Shown here piece after piece: positions 27,011-38,800 of a DNA stretch of 64,000 bases. Each line of letters begins with the position of its first letter. The stretch's first letter is position 1. The DNA comes from Octopus bimaculoides (Eukaryota). The stretch lies in NCBI RefSeq assembly GCF_001194135.2, contig NC_068982.1:96652734-96716733 (forward strand). The letters are read 5' to 3'. The notes below the pieces were generated by a model. It saw only the letters and a program-made list of their open reading frames with translations. It had not been told where the DNA came from and did no database searches. A program made the position numbers and the translations under genes.

Positions 27011-27764
27011 CATGAATGTATAGACATCATCATCATCCTTTAACGTCTGTTTTTCTTGCTGGCATGGGTTGGACGGCTTGACAGGAGCTGGCCAGCTGAA
27101 GACCTGTCCAGGCTCCATATCTGTTTTGGTATGGTTTCTATGGCTAGATGAAATTCCTAAAGCTAACCACTTTACAGAGTGTACTGGGTGCTTTTAAGCA
27201 ACACCAGTATGGGTACATTTTATGTGGCTTTGGCCCAGGTGCTTTTCACATGGCACTAGCACCCATGAGCCTGCGAGATTAGGAACACTCAACTGAAGAG
27301 AGATGCAGGGGACATGCCTTTATGCAAAGACAACCACATATTTACTTAGCTTGACTAGTCTTCTCAAACACAGCAAACCGCCAGAAGTCTTAGTCCCCTG
27401 TTATTCCCTCTGTGAGGCCCATCCGAAGATCCTTTCTCACCACTTGATCCCACATCTTCTTGGGTCTATTTCTTTTACGTTTCCCCCACAATTAGAGCTT
27501 GGCACTTCTTGATGCAACTGTCTTCATTCACATGCATTACATGACCACACCAGCACAGTCTTCGCCCTTGCACACTACATCTGATGCAAATACATATATG
27601 TATAGGCATGAATCCTGTTTCAAGCTAAACTTCTCAAATATTGAACACATTTTGATAATACCTTTGATAGCTTGTAGCTGTTATCTCTTGACTGAGTATG
27701 AGTCTTGTGATATCCAGCTTCTCAAGTTTGGTCTTCAGACAGTCACATAACCAAGTGTTCCAGT

Positions 27765-27960
27765 AATTCTTTTCTACTCTAAGCACAAGGCCCGAAATTT
27801 TTGGAGAGGGGGGGGCCTATCAATTAGATTGACTCAGTATGCAACTGGTACTTAATTTATCAACCCCAAAAGGACGAAAGGCAAAGTCGACCTTGGTGGA
27901 ATCTGAACGTAAACAGACGAAATACCGCTAAGCATTTCGCCCGGCATGCTCCAGTAATTC
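27765..27960 (-). mobile_element. tRNA-derived SINE (Meta-domain-like)
   Basis: CAACTGGTACTTAATTTATCAACCCC...GGCAAAGTCGACC...AAATACCGCTAAGCATTTCGCCCGG, shared with other copies. Confidence 0.7.
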
Positions 27961-29329
27961 CGGCAGAAATCTAAATCTATAGTTTAGATGAAATAACAGC
28001 AGATTTCTTGTCAGCTCAGTTTAACTTCTCTTAGTCAACTGAAGAGAGTAAGAGGAAGTTAAACAATATCATGATCATCAGAGGAGCAGTAGTATCACTA
28101 TAATTTTAACATTCATTTTTTCATGTTTGCATGGATTGGATAGATTTGAAGCAGATTTTCTACGGTCAGATGCCTTTCTTGTTGCCAACTCTCACCTGTT
28201 TCCAAGCAAGATATTTCCCAATAGCCAGACATTTTTTTGCAGAATATTGGAAATGAATGACATTGCTTGTATGATGGTGACATTCATTTACAGCTCATAT
28301 GATGTCAAGACAGAGACACAAACACATGCACACACACACACTTATATATACATACACACAAGATGCTTCTTTCAGTTTCCATCTATTAAATCCACTCACA
28401 AGTCTTTGGTCAGCCCAAGGTTTTAGCAGAAGACATTTGCCTGAGATGCACTCAGTTGTACTGAACCCAAAAATGTGCGTTGGAAGCAAGCTTCTTAATC
28501 GCACAACCAGATTGACCCTATATGTAGTAGAGAATATAAATTTCAATCAAAATAATATGAGAAAATAACAGATAAAATGGTTTAATTCTACTACAATCAT
28601 AGATTAGGAAGATATATTCTCCACTAGTCAATAAATTATTCTGGCTCTGGTGAAATTAATCAATTACAAAAAAAGCACCCAGTACACTCTGCGGAGTGGT
28701 TGGTGTCCAGCTGCAGAAACTAAACCAAAACAGACTATGGAACCTGGTCCAGCCCCTGTCAAGGTGTCTAACCCATGCTAGCATGGAAAACAGACGTTAA
28801 ATGATAATGATGATGAGTAAAATAATGTTACATATGAGCATCAATTTTTATGTCCCAACTAAAAACAGAAAAAGTGAATGTAACAAATTAGATTTGAACA
28901 GTATTTCAGTAGAGTGTGTGTGCGCATGACTGGACATAGGTGCAAGTGTGGCTGTGAATCTCACTTCACAACAATGTGACTTGGGTTCAGTCCTACCGTG
29001 TGAATGTTGGGCCAGTTCTACTATAGCCCTAACTGGCTAAAGACTTGTGAGAGGATTTCGCAATGGAACCTGAAAGAAGCTCTTCATAAGATTGAAGTGC
29101 TTTTGACCATAAGTCTAATCAATCAAGGCTACCCTGTGAAACAACAACTAAAACAATAAATTACTTTAAGAAAGACAAGCCTGCTTTTAAGCGTCTTCGA
29201 CCTACAAAAAACAGTAGCTAAATCTTCTCAGATCACCCCATTACTGTCTTGAAAAAGAAAGGACTCATATACTGCGTCTGGAAATAAGGACAGGGAGGAT
29301 ATGGCTTGGATATCTTTGACCATTTTGAC

Positions 29330-29425
29330 GGCGGAGGTAAAGAATACGTACACCACTCGTTTTCGGCGTAACAAAAACCCTAACCCTAACCCTAACCGCG
29401 AGTGTGCGTATTCTTTACTTTCGCC
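29330..29425. mobile_element. 96-bp hairpin MITE containing about 3.5 telomeric (CCCTAA) repeats; Mutator-like 9-bp TSD
   Basis: Arms GGCGGAGGTAAAGAATACGTAC(ACC)ACTCGT and GCGAGTGTGCGTATTCTTTACTTTCGCC pair over 28 bp. Flanks CATTTTGAC (29321-9) and CAATTTGAC (29426-34) match at 8/9 positions exactly at the arm ends. Confidence 0.65.
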
Positions 29426-29777
29426 CAATTTGACTGCCTTCTTGACCAGAGCTGACGTGTTGTAGTGATAAACAGCATGCATATAAATTAGCCTTAAGAT
29501 GTAATAAAACGAGAAAATTAGCAAATGTGCTTTTTGCACAATCTCCAGTCAACAAGAGAGATTATGTCTCAGCCCGCGATAATAGCAGTCAAATCACACT
29601 CTGCTATCTTAGAAGAGGACACATTGGAAAGTGTAATCTTAGTGGAACTATCAACCAGAGAGAGGATGATTACGGGTAGAATCCCTTTGGTCTTAGTTTG
29701 TTTGATCAGGGCGGATCCAGGACGAAGCAACAAATGATTCTTTACTTAAAATTTGTTTCCCAGAGTAATTGAACTTC

Positions 29778-29850
29778 TGCGTCATACCGGAAGTGTGGTG
29801 CATTGTGGTAGTGTGGTTGCCATAAGGAAAAAGTCGGCAGGTTGTGGTGG
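29778..29850 (+). promoter_or_regulatory. EIF3G core promoter: CRE-like half site, ETS motif and GTGGT repeats
   Basis: TGCGTCA at 29778-84 and CCGGAAGT at 29787-94, about 80 nt upstream of the ATG, in a CpG-rich block. Four TGTGGT copies follow. Confidence 0.6.
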
Positions 29851-29869
29851 CTCTCAAAAGAAATTCACT

Positions 29870-29877
29870 ATGAATGC
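29870..29877 (+). CDS. EIF3G: EIF3G coding exon 1 (ATG AAT GC)
   Basis: Followed by GTAAGT. Joins exon 2 to give [13 protein letters not shown]. Confidence 0.8.
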
Positions 29878-32800
29878 GTAAGTGTTTCATTATATTTATA
29901 TTCATTGTAATGTCCTTTCATGTTGAAATAGATACTTTCTCGTTTGATTGCGTATATTAATATATGTGATTCTTAATTTTAACCAGAGGAAAACTGAGCT
30001 GGGCGGAACAGGTTGAACACGAAGGTACGTCTTATTTCGCACAAATTATATTTTGGTGTAAATGACCACAATTATTTATCATATTCTTTTGTTGCTGTAA
30101 TCTCTCTATTTAAATTTACTTTTGTTAATTCATTTCCACAGTTTTTAGTTAATGGTATAAGTAACATAAAGTAGGATACATCTGTCAAGCTACTATTAAA
30201 GGCATAATATTATCAAAGCAGCCGGTGTAAAGATTTTCTTTCACCACATGCTTTTACTATTTCGCTATTTTTCCTACAGCTGTCAGAATTCATTAATACT
30301 ATTTTAACTTTTTATCAATGTTTGAAATAATTTTAAAACAAGAACCTTTTCCTGATGGATCCCATCCTCTCCTTTGATATTTCACATACACTCATGTTTA
30401 TAAATATATACACATCCACACTTTAACCAGCTGTCGGTTCTCTTCTGTTACGGATTCTAAATGGCGCCGTTCAATGGATTTTTTTTTTTTGTTTTTCTCA
30501 GTTTCGAACTTCATGTTGCATCTATCCTAATTGGATCAATTAAAGAGGATAGATTTCTTCGCAGTCTATGCTGGAGATTTTTCGTTATCTTTTGTTTAAC
30601 ATCTTATATTGTTGGGTCCTTCTCCATCTCCGTTGCACTATTGGAATATAAATTAACCTTAGTAAATTATTTGCCATCTTATCAATCTCATGAAGCTGAA
30701 AATCAAAATTGTTTTCGATGTGATTTGAACTGAAAACATAAAAGTGTCGTAATTAAATACCACAAAGCACTTTTGTCCGACACAAATGATTCTGCCACGA
30801 TAGCTTTTGTCTCGAGTAGAAAAATGACGCAGATTGTGAGTTGGACATAATTGTACTTGTTAGTATAGATAGAATTGAATAATTGATATATAAAATTTAA
30901 TAATATATTTGTTTGTCGTATAAGTACACGATCGCATCAATATCTAGGATAAGCTATATGGTATATAATGAATAAAAGTACATGTAAATTTTACAAAAAA
31001 ATTTCGCCTCAGTCCTTTTAGTATAATGATAGTCTATGTTGGACATTGGCACAACAAAAAACTAGTTCAGATTTGTTATTCGAGCTTTTTTACAGTAGAA
31101 CCGGAAATTCTATGGTAAATTCTCATTTAATTTAGGCTTGCAGTTGCTATTTTATACATTCCATGAAAGTAATGAACTGATTCAGTGATACATCTTTAAC
31201 TACGCACCCGTCTTTAATTACAAGTGCTTAGTTGTATTTTACAATATCTGGTGAGCATTTTTTCATATTTTTCGACCGATTTTAGGGCAATTGGTTAAAG
31301 AGGCTGGATGAATTGCTCATTTATTCAAAACAGCATTGTCTTGCTAGAATCGAGTGGTGTTTTTTGTTGTTTTTCTCGCAAGACAGTTGAAAAAGTATGT
31401 ATCTTTATGGATTCAACGGAACATTTTTTTTTTTATATTTGAAAGAAATCATGTATATTGTAAAAAATAAACCATCGTTTAAGTTTTCTTTCGCCTTTTA
31501 AATACAAACCCACTGTATCTTGCTTCGACACCCCATGGAAATGTTTAAACAACAATAAATACTTGGGGGTACCAATTGTCTGCTAATAAGATATCCTTCG
31601 TCAGAATCAGTCAAGTCTTGCAATTCTCTCAAAATATTTACATTTATTTTTAAAATGTTAGATTTACTAGAAGTATCATATTTCGTCAGAACGATTTTTA
31701 AAAAATGTTCATTTCGGCACTAAAATCTCAAGTTTCTGCTTTTCCCTAGTCATTCATTTGACAGGTGTGTGAAATGACATTTCCAAACCTCTTAAACTTG
31801 TATTCTTATTGTTCTGATTGTCAAAAGTCTATTAGTGTTTCAGTCAAATTCATTTTCTTTACCTATATCTTGTGCTTGTTTGCTCAAAGTACCATGTATT
31901 AAAATTCTATATTAATACAGTTGTACACATCATACCTTTCATAATCAGATGCTTCTCTCGTTTCTTGTCTTTTAATGTTTATCTAAAATAGAATTAATCA
32001 TATATAACTTATCAAATAACAGCTCAGTGTCTAAATACAGGGTATTCCAGGTAACTGCAAACAAAACAGGCAGAATAGAATATACTTCCACCAAAAAATG
32101 GCAAGCAAGCTTAACTAGATAGAAACACACAAAAAAAAGTGTCATTTGGCAAACTGCCATCGGCCCTGATATCACCATAGAAAACGCCTTCACACCAAAA
32201 TCAAGTGGCCCATATCCCCAGTGGCCACCCTCTCTACAAGTTCCTGATATTGTGGAGATCATCCCATTCCTGACGACATATTTTTTGGTTTAGAAGATAA
32301 GTTGCCATAGGTACAATAATGATTTTTTTTCTTGTTCATATTACCCAATGGATATTTTTTCCTCACATTTTATTACTCGGTGGTATAGCACCTGACTGAC
32401 AGGATGTTTTGCAGTGTTACATTCCTTTTTGTTCTTGGTTCAGATCCTATGGCTGACTTTTCATATTTGTGGTCTCAATAAAATAAGTACTGGTCAATTA
32501 TGGAATCAATGTAATTTACTTTACTCTCTACTTTGTAGCTTTCTTAATAATCATTATTAGTTGATGGCAGGATCAACAAATTGCATTAGAAGAATTTAGT
32601 TGTGTTCTTAGTTCAAAACCTAACAATTGATTTTACTTTTCACTTATCTTGCCTTACAGAGATAAATACAAGTATTGAATCTTAAGTGTTAGGTGGATGA
32701 AATTTTTATTTCAATGTTTTCTGGGACTAGCAATGAAAGTTGACTATTCTTCCTTCATCCACGAATATTTGGCTTTGTAATAGTGTAAAATATATGTATT

Positions 32801-35800
32801 TTTTTTTAAACCTAGATAATGAAGACGAAATAATTCTAGCTCCTGGAGAATCGGGTGAAGCAACTATTGAAGAGAAAGATGGACTGAAGAAAATCACAGA
32901 AGTCAATTGGAGTGAAGACTTAGGGAAGCACATTAAGGTATGACACGAATTTTGTTTTATTTATATGAATCTATCATATGTGAAATAGTGCCTTAAGTTA
33001 GCATTTAAAAATATAACCATGTGGACAGCAATCTATTGAGTCATGAATTTATGACTCAATTACCATTGCATCTGTGTTTACTTTTGAAGATTGATTTTAA
33101 CACCTATTTAATCAGTATTGCTGTTTGACATATTTAAGTTTGTTGCTTGATTGACTACAAAATTAACATGGTGCATTCTTAGCATATTAAGTGCAGTGTT
33201 TATTTTTAGCTAAAACATTACATTTATACTAGGTTCTGCCATGGCTTCATGGTTAAGAAGTTTGCTTCTCAACTCTGTGATTTCAGGTTCAGTCCCACTG
33301 TGTGACCCCGTGGGCAAGTGTCTTCTACTATACAACCAGGTTGGCCAAAACCTTGAGTAAATTTGGTAGGCAGAAACTGAAAGCCTATTAATGTGTGTGT
33401 ATGACTGCATCTTCTTGTCTTAGTATTATGTGATAATTTGAAGCAACTGGCACTGTTACACAAGCAGAGTCTTCATTTCCAATCTCCCGTGTAAATTTGT
33501 TCAACCATGGGGAAATATTAACTTAGGAACAGGTGAAAAATGATGGCAGGAAGGACATCTCACCATAGAAAATCTGTTTGCATGAATTCCATCTGACCTA
33601 TGGAATCATAGGAAAGTGGACGTAAGAGTTATCATGATTTGCAAATATCACAGTTGTGATAGGTTCCTTGTGTTCATTTTGGCAATTTAGTTCAACTCCA
33701 CAGAGTTTACAGTTACTGAATTAAATCACGAAGGTATTTTCTATCTTTGAACTAACTGCTTTGGCAAATTTAATTCATTAAATTATTTTACCTCATAGTC
33801 TAGGAAATATTAGAAATTCTATTTTTGAAAGACTGGCTCCCTGTATATTTAACTCGTACTGTTTTTCTCTCGACCATTTTTGTTTCTCTTGGTTTGAATG
33901 TGCAATCATTACTGTGACTAAATTGAAGACAACAAACATGGTTTGGAATGCCAAGCTATTTATAGTCTTGAGTTTAATATAACTACATAAGCGTGGAAGA
34001 CAGATGTTAAATGATGATGATATTGCTTATTCATGTATTTTGTTTTATAGGTTATCAAATCTTACAGAGTTGAAACAAAAAAGCTCACTAAATCTATTGC
34101 CAGGCGAAAGGTTTGCTTTTTATTATTTTCTTTTTCTTTCTCTCAACTTCTTTTACTAGAAATTCAATTACATTTACATCCACTAATTTTATTTTATGAA
34201 ACTGCATTCGCATTCGATATTTCATTAAAAAAAATTCCTTTGTGATGTGTGTTTAAATAAGCATATACACAAGAATGTGATTGTATCAGATTGAGTACTA
34301 TTTCATCCTATTCTATTTTAATGTATAAGTTCCAATTAGTATCAAACTGCAAGAACATTGTATACAGATGAATGTCTTGATGATTTTAAATAAAAATTAT
34401 CAATTCATCACCTAGATTAACTCTTGACCCAGCATTTATCTACAGCAGCAAAGTAAATTGATCTGATGTTCCATGAATAGTTTTTTTATTAAAACCTTGC
34501 TATTCAGTTGATTTTGCTATTAATTTTTGATCTCTCACTTTGAGAATCATTTGATTTATTCTTTCATCTTAGGTTTTTTAAAAAAGTTATGTTCTGCAGA
34601 TTTAATTATATTTGACATATAAATGCAAGGAAAGGGAGTAGAAATATTATCCCCTCTCTTTTCTATTCATATTTTATGCTATCTAGTGTCAACTTCTGAT
34701 ATACAGGTGTCAGCTGAAAAATTCATAAGTTGACCAAGATACTCTAATGGAATTTGACCAAATGAGGTATATTTTTCAACATAGTCCCTGTTGCTGTCCT
34801 CACACTTCTTCCATCAGTGTTGCAGTGCTTGGATCCCATTGGTGGAGAAGCTTTCATGCTGTTGGTCAAAACAGCAGATTTGACATCACTGTAATACTGG
34901 TTCCCAGCCAAGATTTTTTTCATGTTGAGGAATAGATGATAATCAGATGGGGCCAAATCAGGAGAATAGAGAGCGTGATCAACCAATTCAATGCCATAGT
35001 CACATTGAAACCAAAAATTTGTATACTGAAGCATTGTCCTGATGAAACAAGATCAAGACCACTTTCATCAGTTTTCCTGGGCGTTTAGTCTTGATAGCCT
35101 TTTGTGACTGCCTCAGAAAGTTGGCATAATACTCTCCATTGATGGTGACTCTTTTGAAGAATAAACAGTGCCTTTTGCATCCTAAATAACTGAAGCCATC
35201 ATCTTTCTGCAGAGGCAGACCTTTTTTGGAGCAGGTGAAGAGGGGTGTTTCCACTGCATGGATTGCCTTTTTTGTCCCTAGTTCAAAGTGATAAAGCTAA
35301 CACTCCTGGGTTATGAAAATTTCAAGGAAACCAGCTGGATCTTCCTCAGTGTCAGATTTTCCCATGATGTGATCAGCCTGGTGCATCAGATGATGTGGCA
35401 CCCACTGAGCAGAAACCTTCATCATGCCAAGTTCATTGTGTAGAATATTTTCAACTCTCTTGTGGCATATGCTAATAGCCTTGACTATTTGGTTTATAAT
35501 CCATTGTCTGTCACCCATTACCATGTAGTGAACACAAATGTTTTCCTCGGTGGTGACTATTGTAGAACGTCCAGACCATGAGTTATCTTCAAGACTCCCT
35601 TCCTCTACTAAATTCAGCTGTTCACTTGTGCATTGTTGATCAAGCTTGAACGTAATGTAGCAACCATGGGAGCAAAATCATTCTTCAGCAGGTACTTGAT
35701 AACACCAAGATGCCAAATTTTCCTGAGAAGTTGCTACTAGTTACTGTTATAGTTTTCTTTGAAGAGTCAGGTGTTAGTTGCCTGGAAACAATCATCATCA

Positions 35801-38800
35801 TCGTCGTTTAACGTTCGCTTTCCATGCTAGCATGGGTTGGACGATTTGACTGAGGACTGGCGAACCAGATGGCTGCACCAGGTTCCAATCTGATCTGGCA
35901 AAGTTTCTACAGCTGGATGCCCTTCCTAACGCCAACCACTCCGAGAGTGTAGTGGGTGCTTTTACGTGCTACCGGCATGAGGGCCAGGCTGACGGTTCTG
36001 GCAACGGCCACGCTCAAAAAGGTGTTTTTACGTGACACCTGCACAGGAGTCAGTCCAGCGGCACTGGCAGCGACTTCACTCGAATGTTTTGTTTACATGC
36101 CACTGGTACAAGTGCCAGTAAGGCGACGCTGGTAACGATCACACTCAAATGGTGCTTTTTATGTGCCACCAGCATGGCAGCCAGACCGCTGCTCTGGTAG
36201 TAATCCCACTCGGATGGTGCTTTTAGCGCTCCACTGACACGGGTGCCAGTCATCGAATTTGGTTCAGTTACGATTTCACTTGCCCCAACAGGTTTTTGCA
36301 AATAGAGTTTAGTGTCCAATGAAGGAGAGGTTGGCATGGGTGCCAGTTGTTGAATTTGGTATGATTTCACTTGCCTCAACAGGTCTTCGCAAGCAGGGTT
36401 TTGTGTCCAAAGAAGGAAAGGTACACATAAGTGGGCTGGCTACACCCCTGGTAAAGGTCACGGGTTATGGTCTCACTTGGCTTGTTGGGTCTTCTCATGC
36501 ACAGCATATTTCCAAAGGTCTTGGGCACTAGTCATTGCCTTGGTGAGGCCTAATGTTTGAAGGTTGTGCTTCACCACCTCATCCCAGGTCTTCCTGGGTC
36601 TACCTCTTCCACAGGTACTCTTAACTGCTAGGCTGTGACACTTTTTCACACAGCTATCCTCATCCATTCTTGCCAAATGACCATACCAGCGCAATCGTCT
36701 CTCTTGCACACCACAACTGATGCTTCTTACGTCCAACTTTTCTCTCAAGGTACTTACACTTTGTCGAGTATGCACACTGACATTACACATCCATCAGAGC
36801 ATACTGGCTTCATTCCTTGCGAGTTTACGCATGTCCTCAGCAGTCGTGGCCCATGTTTCACTGCGATGTAGCATGGCTGTTTGTCCACATGCGTCATACA
36901 GTCTGCCTTTTACTCTGAGCGAGAGGCCCTTTGTCACCAGCAGAGGTAAAAGCTCTCTGAACTTTGCCCAGGCTATTCTTATTCTAGCAGCTACACTTTC
37001 AGTACACCCTCCCCCACCACTGACTTGGCCACCTAGGTAATGGAAGCGATCAACTACTTCTAGTTTTTCTCCCTGGAATGTGACAGAATTTGTTCTCTGC
37101 ATATTTTCAGTGTTTATAGCACCTGAGCATTTGCCACATACAAAAACTATCTTGCTAGTTAGCCTTCCTTTGATATTGCTGCACCTCTTATGTGTCCATA
37201 GCTTATACTGGGTACATCTTATGGAGTTTCTACCTACGCCTTTTCTACAGATCGAGCAGGGCCATCTACTTGAAGGGGTTTGTGTTTTGTTTACCTTCCT
37301 ACTTATTAGGACTTTGGTTTTAGTGAGGTTGACTCTAAGGCCCTTCGATTCTAATCCTTGCTTCCACACCTGAAACTTCTCTAGTTCTGATAATGACTCA
37401 GCAAATAGAGCAAGGACATCAGCATAGAGGAGCTCCCAGGGGCATCCTGTCTTGAATTCCTCTGTTATTGCCTGGAAGACTATGATAAATAGGAGGGGGA
37501 TGAGGACTGAACCTTGGTGGACCCCTACGTCTACCCGAAATTCTTCACTACTCATTGCAAACCCTCACCTTATTGACGGCGTCCCTGTGCATGACTCGCA
37601 CAGCTCTCACGAACCATTCATCTATCACTAGTTTCCTCATTGACCACAAGACAAGGGATCGGGGGACCCTGTCAAAGGCTTTCTCTATGTCAACGAAAGC
37701 CAGGTACAGAGGTTTATCTTTGGCTAGGTATTTCTCCTGCAGCTGTCTTACCAGAAATATAGCATCAGTGGTGCTTTTTCCTGGCACGAACCCAAACTGT
37801 GTCTCATCTAAGCTGACTCTCTCCCTAATTAGTTAGGCTGTGACGTTCATTTCCTAATCCAACAACTTGATACCTCTCATTACCTGATCCAACTTGAAAC
37901 AATGCAGTTATTAAGGAGATTGAAATTAATGCATGCAAGATTTCATGGTTCTAGCATCACTCCTTCATAGTCACCCTATGAACTTTTCAGTCTTGCCTTA
38001 TATCTCTTTCAGACTCAGATTATGCCATGTTTGTTGATAGTCAACAAAGGCAAAACAGTTGTCTGGTATTAATACAAGTGTAAGATTTTCTCCCATATTA
38101 CTCGATTTTTGAAGCTGAGTACGTCCTAGTTTGTTCTCTCTAGAATATTTTTACTAGCTGTTTAACCTAAAAAAAGAGTGATATGTATTCTGGATACATT
38201 ACAAAAATGTTTTGAACATCTTTACCTATAGGTCTACCTAGTCAGAAGACAGTTTGTTTGCAGGAGATTTGACTGTTAGTTTTAGAGCTCGATACAAGAT
38301 TCACTAGAAGACAGATTTTGTTGCACAAAATCTTCCACCAAACTTTAGTCACAATTTATGTTCCTAACACTAGCTTAATGATAACTAAGTTATTTTATTA
38401 AATTCTTTGTTATTTTAAAATTAATTGAAAAGAAACACAGAGCATCTCAACAGAAATATGGTAACAAAAGGGTGTAGTTGATAAATAGATGATAAACTTG
38501 TCTTAATATGAAGACTTGCTATGCTAAGGTTCAACAATGCAGCTAATGAATTTTATGTAAAATTCTTATTTTCACTGTCTTGTTTTTTAGCTATACTATG
38601 ACCATATTTGTTCTTTTTTCAGCAATGGAAGAAGTTTGGATCTGCTGAAAGTGATCCACCAGGTCCTAACCCTGCAAACACGATTATTTCTGAAGACATA
38701 TTCATGTCATTTTTGAACAGTAAAGAGGTATGTAACCCTTTGTCTACTTACGGAATATACTAATTGTATTGCATTTTATTAGTTCTTCAATATTCTTGTC

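Noticed and set aside
29228-29539. 103-aa minus-strand ORF near the EIF3G promoter
   Set aside because: It runs through the telomeric MITE (RLGLGLGF comes from TTAGGG repeats), starts at a non-ATG codon and resembles nothing I recognise.
31972-32290. 96-aa minus ORF and a Pro-rich plus frame in EIF3G intron 2
   Set aside because: No recognisable domain. A TACAGGGTATTCC TIR-like start at about 32037 suggests a decayed Tc1/mariner relic, too weak to call.
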